This document shows, in pieces, positions 1 to 8,271 of a stretch of 24,845 bases of DNA. The DNA lies in the IMG/VR virus record IMGVR_UViG_3300048856_000029, positions 1-24,845 of that record, one strand, 5' to 3'. The notes under the pieces are model-generated. The model was not told the origin of the DNA and made no database searches. It worked only from the letters and a program-made list of their open reading frames with translations. The stretch is from a virus. Every line of letters starts with the position of its first letter. Within the stretch, counting starts at the first letter, position 1. A program made the translations under genes and the position numbers.

Positions 1-1
1 G

Positions 2-121
2 AAGGCTGACGATCGCATGGAGCTACACGGCGCCGGCTATCGCGTTGTCGGCATTCATCCCCGCTACCGCGTGTTCGGTGAGCTTGACCACATCGAGGTC
101 GACCTGGAGCCGCTGCCATGA
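2..121 (+). CDS. Head-closure / head-tail joining protein, C-terminal fragment (5' truncated by window)
   Basis: Frame +2 reads KADDRMELHGAGYRVVGIHPRYRVFGELDHIEVDLEPLP*. Its TGA overlaps the next ATG (ATGA 118-121). The Y-x-V...DHIEV tail and the position before a gp10-like gene fit SPP1 gp16-like closure proteins. Confidence 0.6.
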   Translation, partial: KADDRMELHGAGYRVVGIHPRYRVFGELDHIEVDLEPLP

Positions 122-552
122 TCGACATGAAGGTAACGGGCGTGCGCGAAACGATCCTGCGTCTGCGCAATATCGGCGATCGCGTGCAGGAGAACGCCCG
201 CAAGACCATGCACCGTGCAGCCGACCGTATCGTCAAGCGTGCTGCTCTCTACGCGCCGGTCGATCAGCACAATCTGGAAGAAGCAATCGAAAAGCGCGTC
301 ACCTATGAGGGCAAGCGCAACCGCCTGGCGATCGATGTCGGCATCAAGCCTGTCGTCAACGGCGTCAACGTCGAGCAATACGCGACCATCATGCACGAGG
401 GCGAATACAATCTAGGGCCAAGATCCCAGGAGAAGGCCGATCGCACCGGCGCTGCTGTGGGACCGGGCTACCTGACGCGGGCAGCCGATGAGGAAAAGGA
501 CAAGCTGACGCCGCAGATGATCGCGGCCGTCAATGAGGAGATCAAGGGATGA
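118..552 (+). CDS. HK97 gp10-like neck/tail-completion protein
   Basis: 144 aa with A-x-x-x-APVD-x-x-NL, QYATIMHEG and GYLTRA motifs typical of the HK97 gp10 family; coupled to both neighbours by ATGA overlaps. Confidence 0.75.
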   Translation: MIDMKVTGVRETILRLRNIGDRVQENARKTMHRAADRIVKRAALYAPVDQHNLEEAIEKRVTYEGKRNRLAIDVGIKPVVNGVNVEQYATIMHEGEYNLGPRSQEKADRTGAAVGPGYLTRAADEEKDKLTPQMIAAVNEEIKG

Positions 553-956
553 TCTGGGATATTATCAGCGACAAAATCGAGACCGCAGGCCTCGCAACGG
601 TCGGCGAGAACCTGTTTGAGCAACGGATGCCGAACGATCCGGCTGTCTGTGTCGGCATGTTTGAGCCCCTCGACGGTGTGAAGATCGATCCGCACCTGCC
701 GGGCTACTACAAACCGAACCTGAAGATCATCGTTCGGCACAACGAGGTAGGCGCCGGCAAGAAGCTTGCGACCGACATCATGAACCTGCTCTGGCTCTCG
801 GCCGAAGAGATTCACGAGGCGACGCCTGAGCGGGGCAGGGTAGATCTAAAGATCTTCTATCCGAAGTCGCTGCCGATCCAGTTCCCCTCGCTGATCGGCA
901 ACCTCACGGAATGGTCGCTCAACTTCACCACGGCATTCACGATCAATCAGTCGTAA
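549..956 (+). CDS. Tail terminator / tail completion protein
   Basis: 135 aa lying between the gp10-like gene and the tail tube gene; GENLF...MP, P-x-L-x-IIVR and WSLNF pattern resembles minor-capsid-3/gp17-like terminators. Confidence 0.65.
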   Translation: MIWDIISDKIETAGLATVGENLFEQRMPNDPAVCVGMFEPLDGVKIDPHLPGYYKPNLKIIVRHNEVGAGKKLATDIMNLLWLSAEEIHEATPERGRVDLKIFYPKSLPIQFPSLIGNLTEWSLNFTTAFTINQS

Positions 957-987
957 CAGATCCGAATATCGTCTCTTCTTCCTTATG

Positions 988-1005
988 TCAATCAGTATTG
1001 ACTTT
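988..1005. promoter_or_regulatory. 18-bp palindromic motif copy 1 (TCAATCAGTATTGACTTT)
   Basis: Reverse complement AAAGTCAATACTGATTGA matches the consensus; overlaps a putative -35 box. Confidence 0.75.
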
Positions 1006-1032
1006 ACACGGTGGCCGCTGTCCGGTTAAACT
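1003..1032 (+). promoter_or_regulatory. Putative sigma70 promoter for the tail tube gene (TTTACA-N18-TAAACT)
   Basis: -35 TTTACA at 1003-1008 and -10 TAAACT at 1027-1032, bracketed by motif copies 1 and 2. Confidence 0.5.
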
Positions 1033-1036
1033 ATGT

Positions 1037-1054
1037 CTAGTCAATACTGAATGA
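1037..1054. promoter_or_regulatory. 18-bp palindromic motif copy 2 (CTAGTCAATACTGAATGA)
   Basis: Matches the consensus; covers the predicted +1 of the tube promoter. Confidence 0.75.
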
Positions 1055-1089
1055 ACAGGCCCCGCGCCTTTTGCGTTAGGAGAAGAACG

Positions 1090-1605
1090 ATGCCCTCGAG
1101 CACTGAGAATGTGAAGCTTGGTGTCTGCACCGTAACTTTCGACACCACCGACCTCGGTTTCACGAAGGGCGGTGTGGAAGTCGAGGTGCAGACCTCTACC
1201 CACGAAGTCACCGTCGACCAGATGGGTGAAACCCCGATCGACGAAATCATCATGGGCCGCACGGTTCAGGTCACTGTTCCGATGGCCGAAACCACGCTCG
1301 AAAACCTGGTCAAGATCATGCCGGGCTCGGTTCTCGTAACCGACACCGTAGACCCGACCAAGAAGAAGGTCGTCGTCTCGACCGGCGTCTCGACCTCCCT
1401 GCTGAAGCTTGCCAAGGAACTCGTTCTGCGCCCCAAGGGCACGAACGGCGCCGACGACTTTACCATCCCGAAGGCTATGACGGCCGGCGCCCTCCAGTTC
1501 GCCTACCAGACGGACCAGGAACGTGTCTTCAACGTAGTCTTCAAGGGCTATGCGGACTCCGATGGTGAGCTTTTCATCGTAGGTGACGAGTCCGCAGCCG
1601 CCTAA
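1090..1605 (+). CDS. Major tail tube protein
   Basis: 171 aa from ATG 1090 with SD AGGAGA at 1078-1083 (better start than 1051). LGFTKGGVEV...VDQMGETP pattern is typical of siphophage tube proteins; precedes the chaperones and tape measure. Confidence 0.85.
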   Translation: MPSSTENVKLGVCTVTFDTTDLGFTKGGVEVEVQTSTHEVTVDQMGETPIDEIIMGRTVQVTVPMAETTLENLVKIMPGSVLVTDTVDPTKKKVVVSTGVSTSLLKLAKELVLRPKGTNGADDFTIPKAMTAGALQFAYQTDQERVFNVVFKGYADSDGELFIVGDESAAA

Positions 1606-1628
1606 TGTTCTTGCCTTCGGTAAAGCAT

Positions 1629-1646
1629 TAAGTCAAAATTGACTGA
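1629..1646. promoter_or_regulatory. 18-bp palindromic motif copy 3 (TAAGTCAAAATTGACTGA)
   Basis: Matches the consensus; its right half forms the start of the terminator stem. Confidence 0.8.
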
Positions 1647-1677
1647 TCGCCATACCAGGCGGTCAGTCTTTTTGTTT
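1641..1677 (+). terminator. Intrinsic terminator after the tail tube gene
   Basis: Stem GACTGATCGCC / GGCGGTCAGTC (11 bp, one G-U pair), 6-nt loop, followed by TTTTTGTTT. Confidence 0.8.
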
Positions 1678-1699
1678 CAACCCCAAGGAAAACTCCGCA

Positions 1700-2056
1700 A
1701 TGGCACCCAAAATTCTCGATCTTGACGCCATCCAGTCGCCCGCAGCCTTCACCATCAAGCTGAAGGGCAAGGAACACGAGATCCGCGAAACCTCGATCGG
1801 CGACTTCATCGAAACCACCCGGATTGTCGAGCAGCACGCGATGAAGCAGGGCGTCGTCGACGATCTGGAGCTGACCATCACACTCATCAGGCGCACCGTC
1901 CCGACCATCCCGGAAGAGGATCTGCGCAGTCTCACCTTCACGCAGCTCCAGGCCATTCAGGACTTCGTCCAGACGGCCAACGGCGAGAAGGCGGAAAAGA
2001 CCGATGAAGCGCCGGTAGGGGAGCCATCCGAGGGAAACGCACCCAAGGCGAACTGA
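1700..2056 (+). CDS. Tail assembly chaperone (lambda gpG-like)
   Basis: 118 aa, SD AAGGA, between tube and tape measure; slippery G GGA AAC at 2032-2038 near the 3' end. Confidence 0.8.
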   Translation: MAPKILDLDAIQSPAAFTIKLKGKEHEIRETSIGDFIETTRIVEQHAMKQGVVDDLELTITLIRRTVPTIPEEDLRSLTFTQLQAIQDFVQTANGEKAEKTDEAPVGEPSEGNAPKAN

Positions 2057-2397
2057 CGGCTATCGATTTCGGCCGACTGTTCGCCAGCGTCGTGGAGAAG
2101 TTCCACTTCAGCCACGACGACATGCTGAAGATGCCGATGCGGCGCTTCTGGTTTTATCTCAAGCAGGTGGACCGGATCAACGCCGAGGAGGATCTGAGGC
2201 TCCTGAGACTTCTTGCAGCCGCCCATAGCGGCGAGACGATTGAGCAGGTGACGAAGGATCTCAATCAGGTCATGGGCCGGATCTATGTCTATGAGCCCAA
2301 AGCCAAATCCTTCGAAGTGGAAGACGAGAACGCAATGGACCCGAACTTTGATCGCGCAGGGCTTCACGCCCTCAAGGGAAAGTCTCGGGTCAAGTGA
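1700..2397 (+). CDS. Tail assembly chaperone G-T fusion via programmed -1 frameshift (about 232 aa)
   Basis: The -1 frame is open from the slippery site to 2397: RTQGELTAIDFGRLFASVVEKFHFSHDDMLKMPMRRFWFYLKQ..., a gpT-like sequence. The GTG at 2092 has no SD. Confidence 0.8.
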
Positions 2398-2415
2398 TAA
2401 GTCAATATTGAATGA
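2398..2415. promoter_or_regulatory. 18-bp palindromic motif copy 4 (TAAGTCAATATTGAATGA)
   Basis: Begins at the first base after the G-T stop codon and lies just upstream of the tape measure RBS. Confidence 0.8.
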
Positions 2416-2427
2416 TTGGCAGGGACG

Positions 2428-5400
2428 ATGACGGCGATTAAGGTTGAACTGGAACTTGTAGACGGCTCGTTTACGACGCGCATGTTGCACGCCGGCGAGA
2501 CGGTCGCCCAGTTCAACCGCAACGTCGCTCGTTCCTCGCCGGAGCTTCGGCGCCTTGCTGCTGCCGGCCAGTCAGTCATCACCTCGATGGAAAAGGTCGA
2601 GGAGCGCTCGCAGAGCTTCCTCGGCACGCTGCGCGACATCACCATCGTTACCGGCGCGATCTCCATCGGCTTCAACAAGCTGATCAATATCCAGGACACC
2701 TGGATCGGCAAGGTCGTCCAGACCAATGCCGAGTTTGAGCGCCTGGTCTACCAGATGCGCTCCATGTCGACGGCTTCCGATCCGATCAAGGAGGCGGCGA
2801 AGGAAGTCGACGGACTGATCGAGGCAGCCAAGAACGCACCATTCTCGCTGAAGGCACTGTCCGACGGTTTCTCCAAGCTCAAGGCATCCGGCACTGATCC
2901 GCTGAAGGGCTCGCTGCAGGCGATCTCCGACGGTGTCGCGGCCTTCGGTGGCACCGACGCTGCTCTTGAGCGCACCATCCTCGGTATCTCGCAGGCGTCC
3001 GGTAAGGGCGTTCTGCAGATGGAAGAACTGCGCCAGCAGATCTCTGAATCCATGCCGCAGGCCGTTTCGCTCATGGCAGCCTCCATGGGTGTCTCGATCG
3101 CGACCTTGGTCGACAAGATCGGCACCGGCCGCTTGGCAGCCAAGGAGTCGCTGGAGCTGTTCTACGCCGAGCTTGACCGCTCCTTCGGTGGCACGGCTCG
3201 CCGGATGATGGAGACCTTCTCCGGTCAGATCGCCCGCACGCAGACGCAGCTCCAGGAATTCGCCCGCATCATCGGCGGGATCGACAAGGACACCGGTCTT
3301 GCGGCCGAGGGCGGCTTCTTCGCGACCCTCACAGACCAGATCCGCGATCTCAACGACGCACTGTCCTCGCCGGGCGGTGAGAATTTCGCCCGCTCGATCG
3401 GTCAGGGACTGACCGCGATCATCGGCTACCTGCGCTCCGCTGTCGAAACTGCCTACGAGTGGCGCCAGGCTATCGGCAATACGGCCGAGTTGCTCGCCTT
3501 CGTCGCCGGCCTGCGCATTCTTGGTGGCGCGCTCTCCACGATCCGCGCCGGCTACCAGAACGCCATGATCGGCCTCACCATGCTGCGCGCCGGTTTCGCC
3601 CAGGCCAATGCCGCGGCAGCACTGCATCAGCGTGCGCTGGCAAATTCTGCCGTTTCTATTGCATCGGTCGATCGCGCCGCCCGCCTTGCTGCGGCGACCG
3701 GTATGCGTGCGATGATCGGCACGATGGTTCGTGTGGCTCCCGTGGCCGGTGTCCTCGGGCTTGCAATCTACGAGGTCGCCGACGCCTTCGACGTCTTCGG
3801 CAGCCGCGGCAAGGAAGCCATCGAGACCCTGCGCGAATTCGGCCAGCTTTCGGCCGACCAGGTCGGCAAGGCACAGGACAATATCGAGAAGCGCCAGCGA
3901 GATCTGAACAAGGAGCTCGCGCAGATCACCTACTCGGCGCAGCACTCCAACTATGGCTTCATCAGGCAGAAGGATCGCCCTGCTGCTATCGCCGCCGAGA
4001 TCGAGCGCCAGAAGCAGTCCGCAAACATTGCAGAACGCCAGAAGGAGATTGATGAGGATCGTCTGAAGCTTGCTGAAGCTCGCGAGAAGCTTGCCGAACA
4101 GCAGGCCGAAAAGGACGCGGATCGCCTGCTGCGCGCCCAGGACAAGGAGCAGCAGAAGGCGCAGCGCACTTATGTCGAGACGCGCAATGCGATCCAGAAG
4201 CGCTACGACGACGAAATCAAGATGGCCGAGAAGACCGGGAAGAAGGTCTCCGAGCTTGAGCGCGCACGCACCGAGGAGCTGAAGAAGAACGCGCTCGCCT
4301 ATTACGAGGAGCAGATCAGTTCCGTTCAGAAGGCTATCGACGGCATCAATAGCGCCGCGGTCGATGGCAAGCTGACGGATGCTGGCACGATCGCTGTCGG
4401 CCGGCTGAATGAGCAGATCGACCAGCTCCAGGCGCGCAAGGACGCGCTGAAGAACTTCGGCGAGATGCCCGACATCGGCGATACCGACCAGTCAGCGAAG
4501 GGCTTCGAGAAGCTCGAGAAGGCTGTCGAAAAGGCAAAGACCGAGGTTGAATCTCTCGAGGATCAGATCGGCGGGGCTGACGACGAGCTGGCTGATTTTC
4601 AGGCCAAGTTCGCCAATGGCGCCTATGGCGACAAGTCGCTCGACCAGGTGCGTCAGCTTGGCGAGGAAATGGCCAACCTGCTGATCCGCAAGAAGGCGCT
4701 CGACGACATCAACGAGGGTGCCAAGGATATCCGGCAGGACATCGAGCAGGCGCGGATCAAGATGATCGAGCGCCGCATGGAGCTGCAGGAGAAGGCTGCC
4801 GGCCGCGAGCTGACCGATGGTGAGAAGATCGCCATGCGGATCAAGGAGGGTTACTACAAGGGCTTTGGCCCGAACAACCCGGCGCAGAAAGCCGTCGAGG
4901 GCATGATCGAGGGCCTCTCCCTTCAGGCCAGCACGGCTGCGAAGGTGGGTGACGTCCTGCGTGGCAACACCTTCGGCGACCACACGGCCAACAAGATCCA
5001 GACGGTCAACGACAAGCTCGCCGAGATGCTCAATCTCGTGAAGGGCATCGGCACTGGCGTCAACGGCATCAGCTTCGACAACATGGGCGCGCCGAACACG
5101 GGCGCTGCCTCGACGGCTGCCGGTTGGACGCGACCGAACAGCGTGATGTTCTCGGGCGACCTCTCCGGCCGCTATGCAGACATCAGGGGCAAGGCGAACC
5201 TCATGTCGAGCAATATGGCTCGCTGGGGCGATCCTCGTGCACCTGGCTGGAAGGAAGCCAACCTCACCTCGATCGCGACCAGCTCCGGCATGACAGCATC
5301 GGTTCACAAGGCCGCTGCCGCAGCATTCCAGGGCTTCATCAAGGAGCTCGAGGCAAGCGGCTACAAGATCAAGTCGCTCGGTGGTCAGAACACCCGCAAC

Positions 5401-7176
5401 AAGGTCGGCCGCAACTCGCTATCCGAGCACGCCTGGGGCAACGCCATCGACATCAATCCTGCCGAAAACCCCTTCGGTCAGGATCTGAAGACCAATATGC
5501 CGATCAACATCTCCCAGCTGGCTGCCAAGTATGGCCTGTCGTGGGGTGGCGATTGGAAAAGCGTCAAGGACGCAATGCACTTCGAGTGGACCGGTATCGG
5601 CGCCGACGAGGAAAAGCCCGCTGGTCCGCTGAAGTCGGCCGCGACCTCGCTGCCGTCTGCCTTGCCGACCTTCTCGGCGGAAGACCAGGCGAAGATCAAC
5701 GAATACATGGAGCGCCGCAACAAGCTCCAGGACGAGTTCCTCAAGCAGACGACCGAGCTGACCGAGGAAGAACGCAAGGTCATGGAAGCCGAGAAGGCCC
5801 AGGACGGCGCCGACTACAAGTCCGGCCTCCTGAAGAAGATCGAGACGGCCAAGGAGAGCCTCGACGGTCTCGACAAGAACTATCGCGCGACCATGCAGCT
5901 CATCAACGATGGCGCGTTCGGATCGAAAGATCCCAACACCGAGTTGAACAAGGAGCTGCTGCGGATCTCCAAGGAGCTGGACGCTGTCGAGAAGGGCCGT
6001 GCTGACCGCAAGGAGGCTTCCGGCAATATCGAAAACGCCGAATTGCGCATCAAGGAGCAGGAGCTCCAGATGGAGCGCCGGATCGCCGAGCTGAAGCAGA
6101 AAGCGGCCAATCCGAACGTCAAGCTCGACAGCTCCGGCCTGGTCGAAATGCGCGAATCGCTGGACAAGTATCTGACCGACGTTGCGACCGTCTACGGCAA
6201 GGATACGGCCCAGTATCAGGCCGCGACGCAGCGCAAGACCGAGATCCTGAAGATGTTCAGCCAGCAGGAGGTCTGGGAAGAGACCGCTGCCAGCTCCGAG
6301 CGCACGCGCGCCATCCAGCAGGGTCTGATGGGTGAGATGTCCTCGCGCCAGGCTGCAATGCAGCAGGAGCTCGATATCATCGACCAGAAGATGGCCTACT
6401 ACCGCAATCAGGGCACGCTCGACGTTCAGATGACCGAGCAGTTCGAGCGCGAGAAGGCCTCGATCCGCGCCAAGTATGCACAGCAGGATCCAATCGGCGC
6501 CAAGATGAAGGAATGGGGCGACCTGCAGGGCAATCTGAACCAGGCGGCCGCTGGCTGGATGGATTCGATGGCTGATGGTCTGGCTGGTCTCATCACCGGC
6601 ACGGGCAATCTGCGTCAGACGCTCCAGGGTATCGCCAATGACATGGTCAAGATGCTGCTCAAGTATGCAATGAGCGGCCTCATGGGCAAGAAGGGCGGTG
6701 CAGGCGCTGCGGTCGGCAAGGCTGGCAAGGGTGGTGCTGCGGCTGCGACAGGCGGCAAGGGCAAGATGTTCCCGGCTTTCCATGTCGGCGGTATCGCAGG
6801 CTCCGGTGCTCGCATGGGTCGTATGGTCAATCCGGCCGTTTTTAAGAATGCCAGGAAGTTCCACACCGGCGCAAACAGCTTCGGTGCCGGTCGCCTGATG
6901 CCCGGTGAGATGCCGGCGATCGTGAAGAAGGATGAAGGCATCTTCACGCCCGAGCAGATGAAGGCACTTGGCACGGCTGCACTCAGCAACAACCAGTCGG
7001 TCCAGATCAATGCGCCCGTGACGGTCAATGCGAACGGCGGAACGCCCGAGCAGAACGCTGACCTCGCCAACCAGGTCGCAAAGCAGATGGAAGGCTCGAT
7101 GCGCGGGATCGTCGCCGACGAGCTGATGAAGCAGATGCGCCCTGGCAACATGCTCAACAACGGAAGGACGCGATAA
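2428..7176 (+). CDS. Tape measure protein with internal M15-family peptidase domain
   Basis: 1582 aa from ATG 2428 (SD AGGGA). N-terminal tape-measure domain (ISQASGKGVLQMEELRQQISE), long coiled coils, SEHAWGNAID...WGGDW..DAMHFEW Zn-peptidase motifs, and a C-terminal FHxGG...GEMPAIVKKDEGIFTP region. Confidence 0.92.
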   Translation: MTAIKVELELVDGSFTTRMLHAGETVAQFNRNVARSSPELRRLAAAGQSVITSMEKVEERSQSFLGTLRDITIVTGAISIGFNKLINIQDTWIGKVVQTNAEFERLVYQMRSMSTASDPIKEAAKEVDGLIEAAKNAPFSLKALSDGFSKLKASGTDPLKGSLQAISDGVAAFGGTDAALERTILGISQASGKGVLQMEELRQQISESMPQAVSLMAASMGVSIATLVDKIGTGRLAAKESLELFYAELDRSFGGTARRMMETFSGQIARTQTQLQEFARIIGGIDKDTGLAAEGGFFATLTDQIRDLNDALSSPGGENFARSIGQGLTAIIGYLRSAVETAYEWRQAIGNTAELLAFVAGLRILGGALSTIRAGYQNAMIGLTMLRAGFAQANAAAALHQRALANSAVSIASVDRAARLAAATGMRAMIGTMVRVAPVAGVLGLAIYEVADAFDVFGSRGKEAIETLREFGQLSADQVGKAQDNIEKRQRDLNKELAQITYSAQHSNYGFIRQKDRPAAIAAEIERQKQSANIAERQKEIDEDRLKLAEAREKLAEQQAEKDADRLLRAQDKEQQKAQRTYVETRNAIQKRYDDEIKMAEKTGKKVSELERARTEELKKNALAYYEEQISSVQKAIDGINSAAVDGKLTDAGTIAVGRLNEQIDQLQARKDALKNFGEMPDIGDTDQSAKGFEKLEKAVEKAKTEVESLEDQIGGADDELADFQAKFANGAYGDKSLDQVRQLGEEMANLLIRKKALDDINEGAKDIRQDIEQARIKMIERRMELQEKAAGRELTDGEKIAMRIKEGYYKGFGPNNPAQKAVEGMIEGLSLQASTAAKVGDVLRGNTFGDHTANKIQTVNDKLAEMLNLVKGIGTGVNGISFDNMGAPNTGAASTAAGWTRPNSVMFSGDLSGRYADIRGKANLMSSNMARWGDPRAPGWKEANLTSIATSSGMTASVHKAAAAAFQGFIKELEASGYKIKSLGGQNTRNKVGRNSLSEHAWGNAIDINPAENPFGQDLKTNMPINISQLAAKYGLSWGGDWKSVKDAMHFEWTGIGADEEKPAGPLKSAATSLPSALPTFSAEDQAKINEYMERRNKLQDEFLKQTTELTEEERKVMEAEKAQDGADYKSGLLKKIETAKESLDGLDKNYRATMQLINDGAFGSKDPNTELNKELLRISKELDAVEKGRADRKEASGNIENAELRIKEQELQMERRIAELKQKAANPNVKLDSSGLVEMRESLDKYLTDVATVYGKDTAQYQAATQRKTEILKMFSQQEVWEETAASSERTRAIQQGLMGEMSSRQAAMQQELDIIDQKMAYYRNQGTLDVQMTEQFEREKASIRAKYAQQDPIGAKMKEWGDLQGNLNQAAAGWMDSMADGLAGLITGTGNLRQTLQGIANDMVKMLLKYAMSGLMGKKGGAGAAVGKAGKGGAAAATGGKGKMFPAFHVGGIAGSGARMGRMVNPAVFKNARKFHTGANSFGAGRLMPGEMPAIVKKDEGIFTPEQMKALGTAALSNNQSVQINAPVTVNANGGTPEQNADLANQVAKQMEGSMRGIVADELMKQMRPGNMLNNGRTR

Positions 7177-7526
7177 TGCCTCTTCAGACCTTCGATCCGC
7201 CCGTCGGTCCTTCGCCGGGCACCCGCAAGGGCCGGGACATGGATATCCTCGAAGCCGAGTTCGGTGACGGCTATTCGCAGCCGACGCCGAACGGCTACAA
7301 CCATATGCGGCGCACCCTGTCGCTCAACTGGGACGGCCTGTCTCGCCGGCAGGCCGACTATATCTCGCAGTTCTTCGAGGAACACGGTGGCACCAAGGCG
7401 TTCTACTATACGCCGGCCAACGAGACGAAGCCGGTTAAGTGGATCTGCTCGTCCTGGGAAGAGAGCGTGCAGGGCATCACCAAAATCACCGCGGAGTTCA
7501 AACAGAGCTTCACGCTTGAAAGCTAA
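7176..7526 (+). CDS. gpM: Distal tail protein, lambda gpM-like
   Basis: 116 aa with FGDGYSQ..PNG.N and HGG.KAFYYTP motifs; directly follows the tape measure gene. Confidence 0.9.
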   Translation: MPLQTFDPPVGPSPGTRKGRDMDILEAEFGDGYSQPTPNGYNHMRRTLSLNWDGLSRRQADYISQFFEEHGGTKAFYYTPANETKPVKWICSSWEESVQGITKITAEFKQSFTLES

Positions 7527-7528
7527 GC

Positions 7529-7557
7529 TTGCTGATCAGTCAATACTGACTTATCAT
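7529..7557 (+). promoter_or_regulatory. Putative promoter TTGCTG-N17-TATCAT with motif copy 5 (7536-7553, TCAGTCAATACTGACTTA) in the spacer
   Basis: CTTG-type -35, 17-bp spacer, ATG 7 nt after the -10. The extended palindrome TGATCAGTCAATACTGACTTATCA spans 7533-7556. Confidence 0.7.
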
Positions 7558-7563
7558 TAAGGT

Positions 7564-8271
7564 ATGGTGACAATCTATCAATCGGCTCAGGGGCTGAACC
7601 CCAAGGCAATCATCGAACTGTTCCGTCTCGACACGACGCGCGTCGGTGGCGGGATGATGTTCTTTGTCCAGGGCACGCAGACCGATAAGCCGATCTCTTT
7701 TGGCAATCAGGAATACCAGCCGCTCGACATCGAGTTCGAGGGCCTGGAAGTGTCGGGGCAGGGCGCCTTGCCGACCCCGACCATTCGGCTAGCCAACACC
7801 GATGGCTTGGCACAGAGCGCGATCAACACCTGGGGCGATCTCCTCGGTTGCGAGATCCGCCGCATTCGCACCTTCAAAAATTTCCTCGACGGCGAGCCAG
7901 ATGCGGACCCGACGGCCTTCTTCGGTCCCGACGTCTTCGTCATCGAGCGCAAGGCTGTCGAAAACCCGGTCTTCATCGAATGGGAGCTCTCCGCTGCCAT
8001 CGACCAGGAAGGCAAGCGCATCCCCGGCCGACAGGTGATCCGTGACACCTGCCTGTGGCGCTACCGGGCCTGGACGGGCTTCGGCTTCGACTATTCGCGG
8101 GCTCAGTGCCCTTACACGGGCAACCAGTTTTACGACATCAACAATCTGCCGACGACGCCGGACAAGGACCGGCCCTCGCGCACGCTCTCCTGCTGCAAGA
8201 CGCGCTTCGGAGCGAACGCACCTCTTCCGTTCGGCGGATTTCCAGGCGTTGGAAGGATTAGCGGAGAATGA
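7564..8271 (+). CDS. gpL: Minor tail protein, lambda gpL-like
   Basis: 235 aa with IELFRLD, GALPTPTIRLAN, RRIRTFKNFLD, CLWRYR...CPY...CCKTRFG and LPFGGFPG. Confidence 0.92.
   Translation: MVTIYQSAQGLNPKAIIELFRLDTTRVGGGMMFFVQGTQTDKPISFGNQEYQPLDIEFEGLEVSGQGALPTPTIRLANTDGLAQSAINTWGDLLGCEIRRIRTFKNFLDGEPDADPTAFFGPDVFVIERKAVENPVFIEWELSAAIDQEGKRIPGRQVIRDTCLWRYRAWTGFGFDYSRAQCPYTGNQFYDINNLPTTPDKDRPSRTLSCCKTRFGANAPLPFGGFPGVGRISGE

Noticed and set aside
1057-1072. AGGC-N5-GCCT-TTT as an attenuator in the tube leader
   Set aside because: The 4-bp stem and short U-run are too weak to support.
1051-1089. Upstream starts given by the ORF track (1051, 2416, 9590, 13941)
   Set aside because: They lie in or beside motif copies or inside upstream genes; ATGs at 1090, 2428, 9611 and 13959 fit SD or promoter geometry better.
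2572-6864. Long minus-strand ORFs (457, 271, 481 aa) and alternative-frame ORFs within the tape measure gene
   Set aside because: Shadows of a well-supported CDS with low-information, implausible composition.
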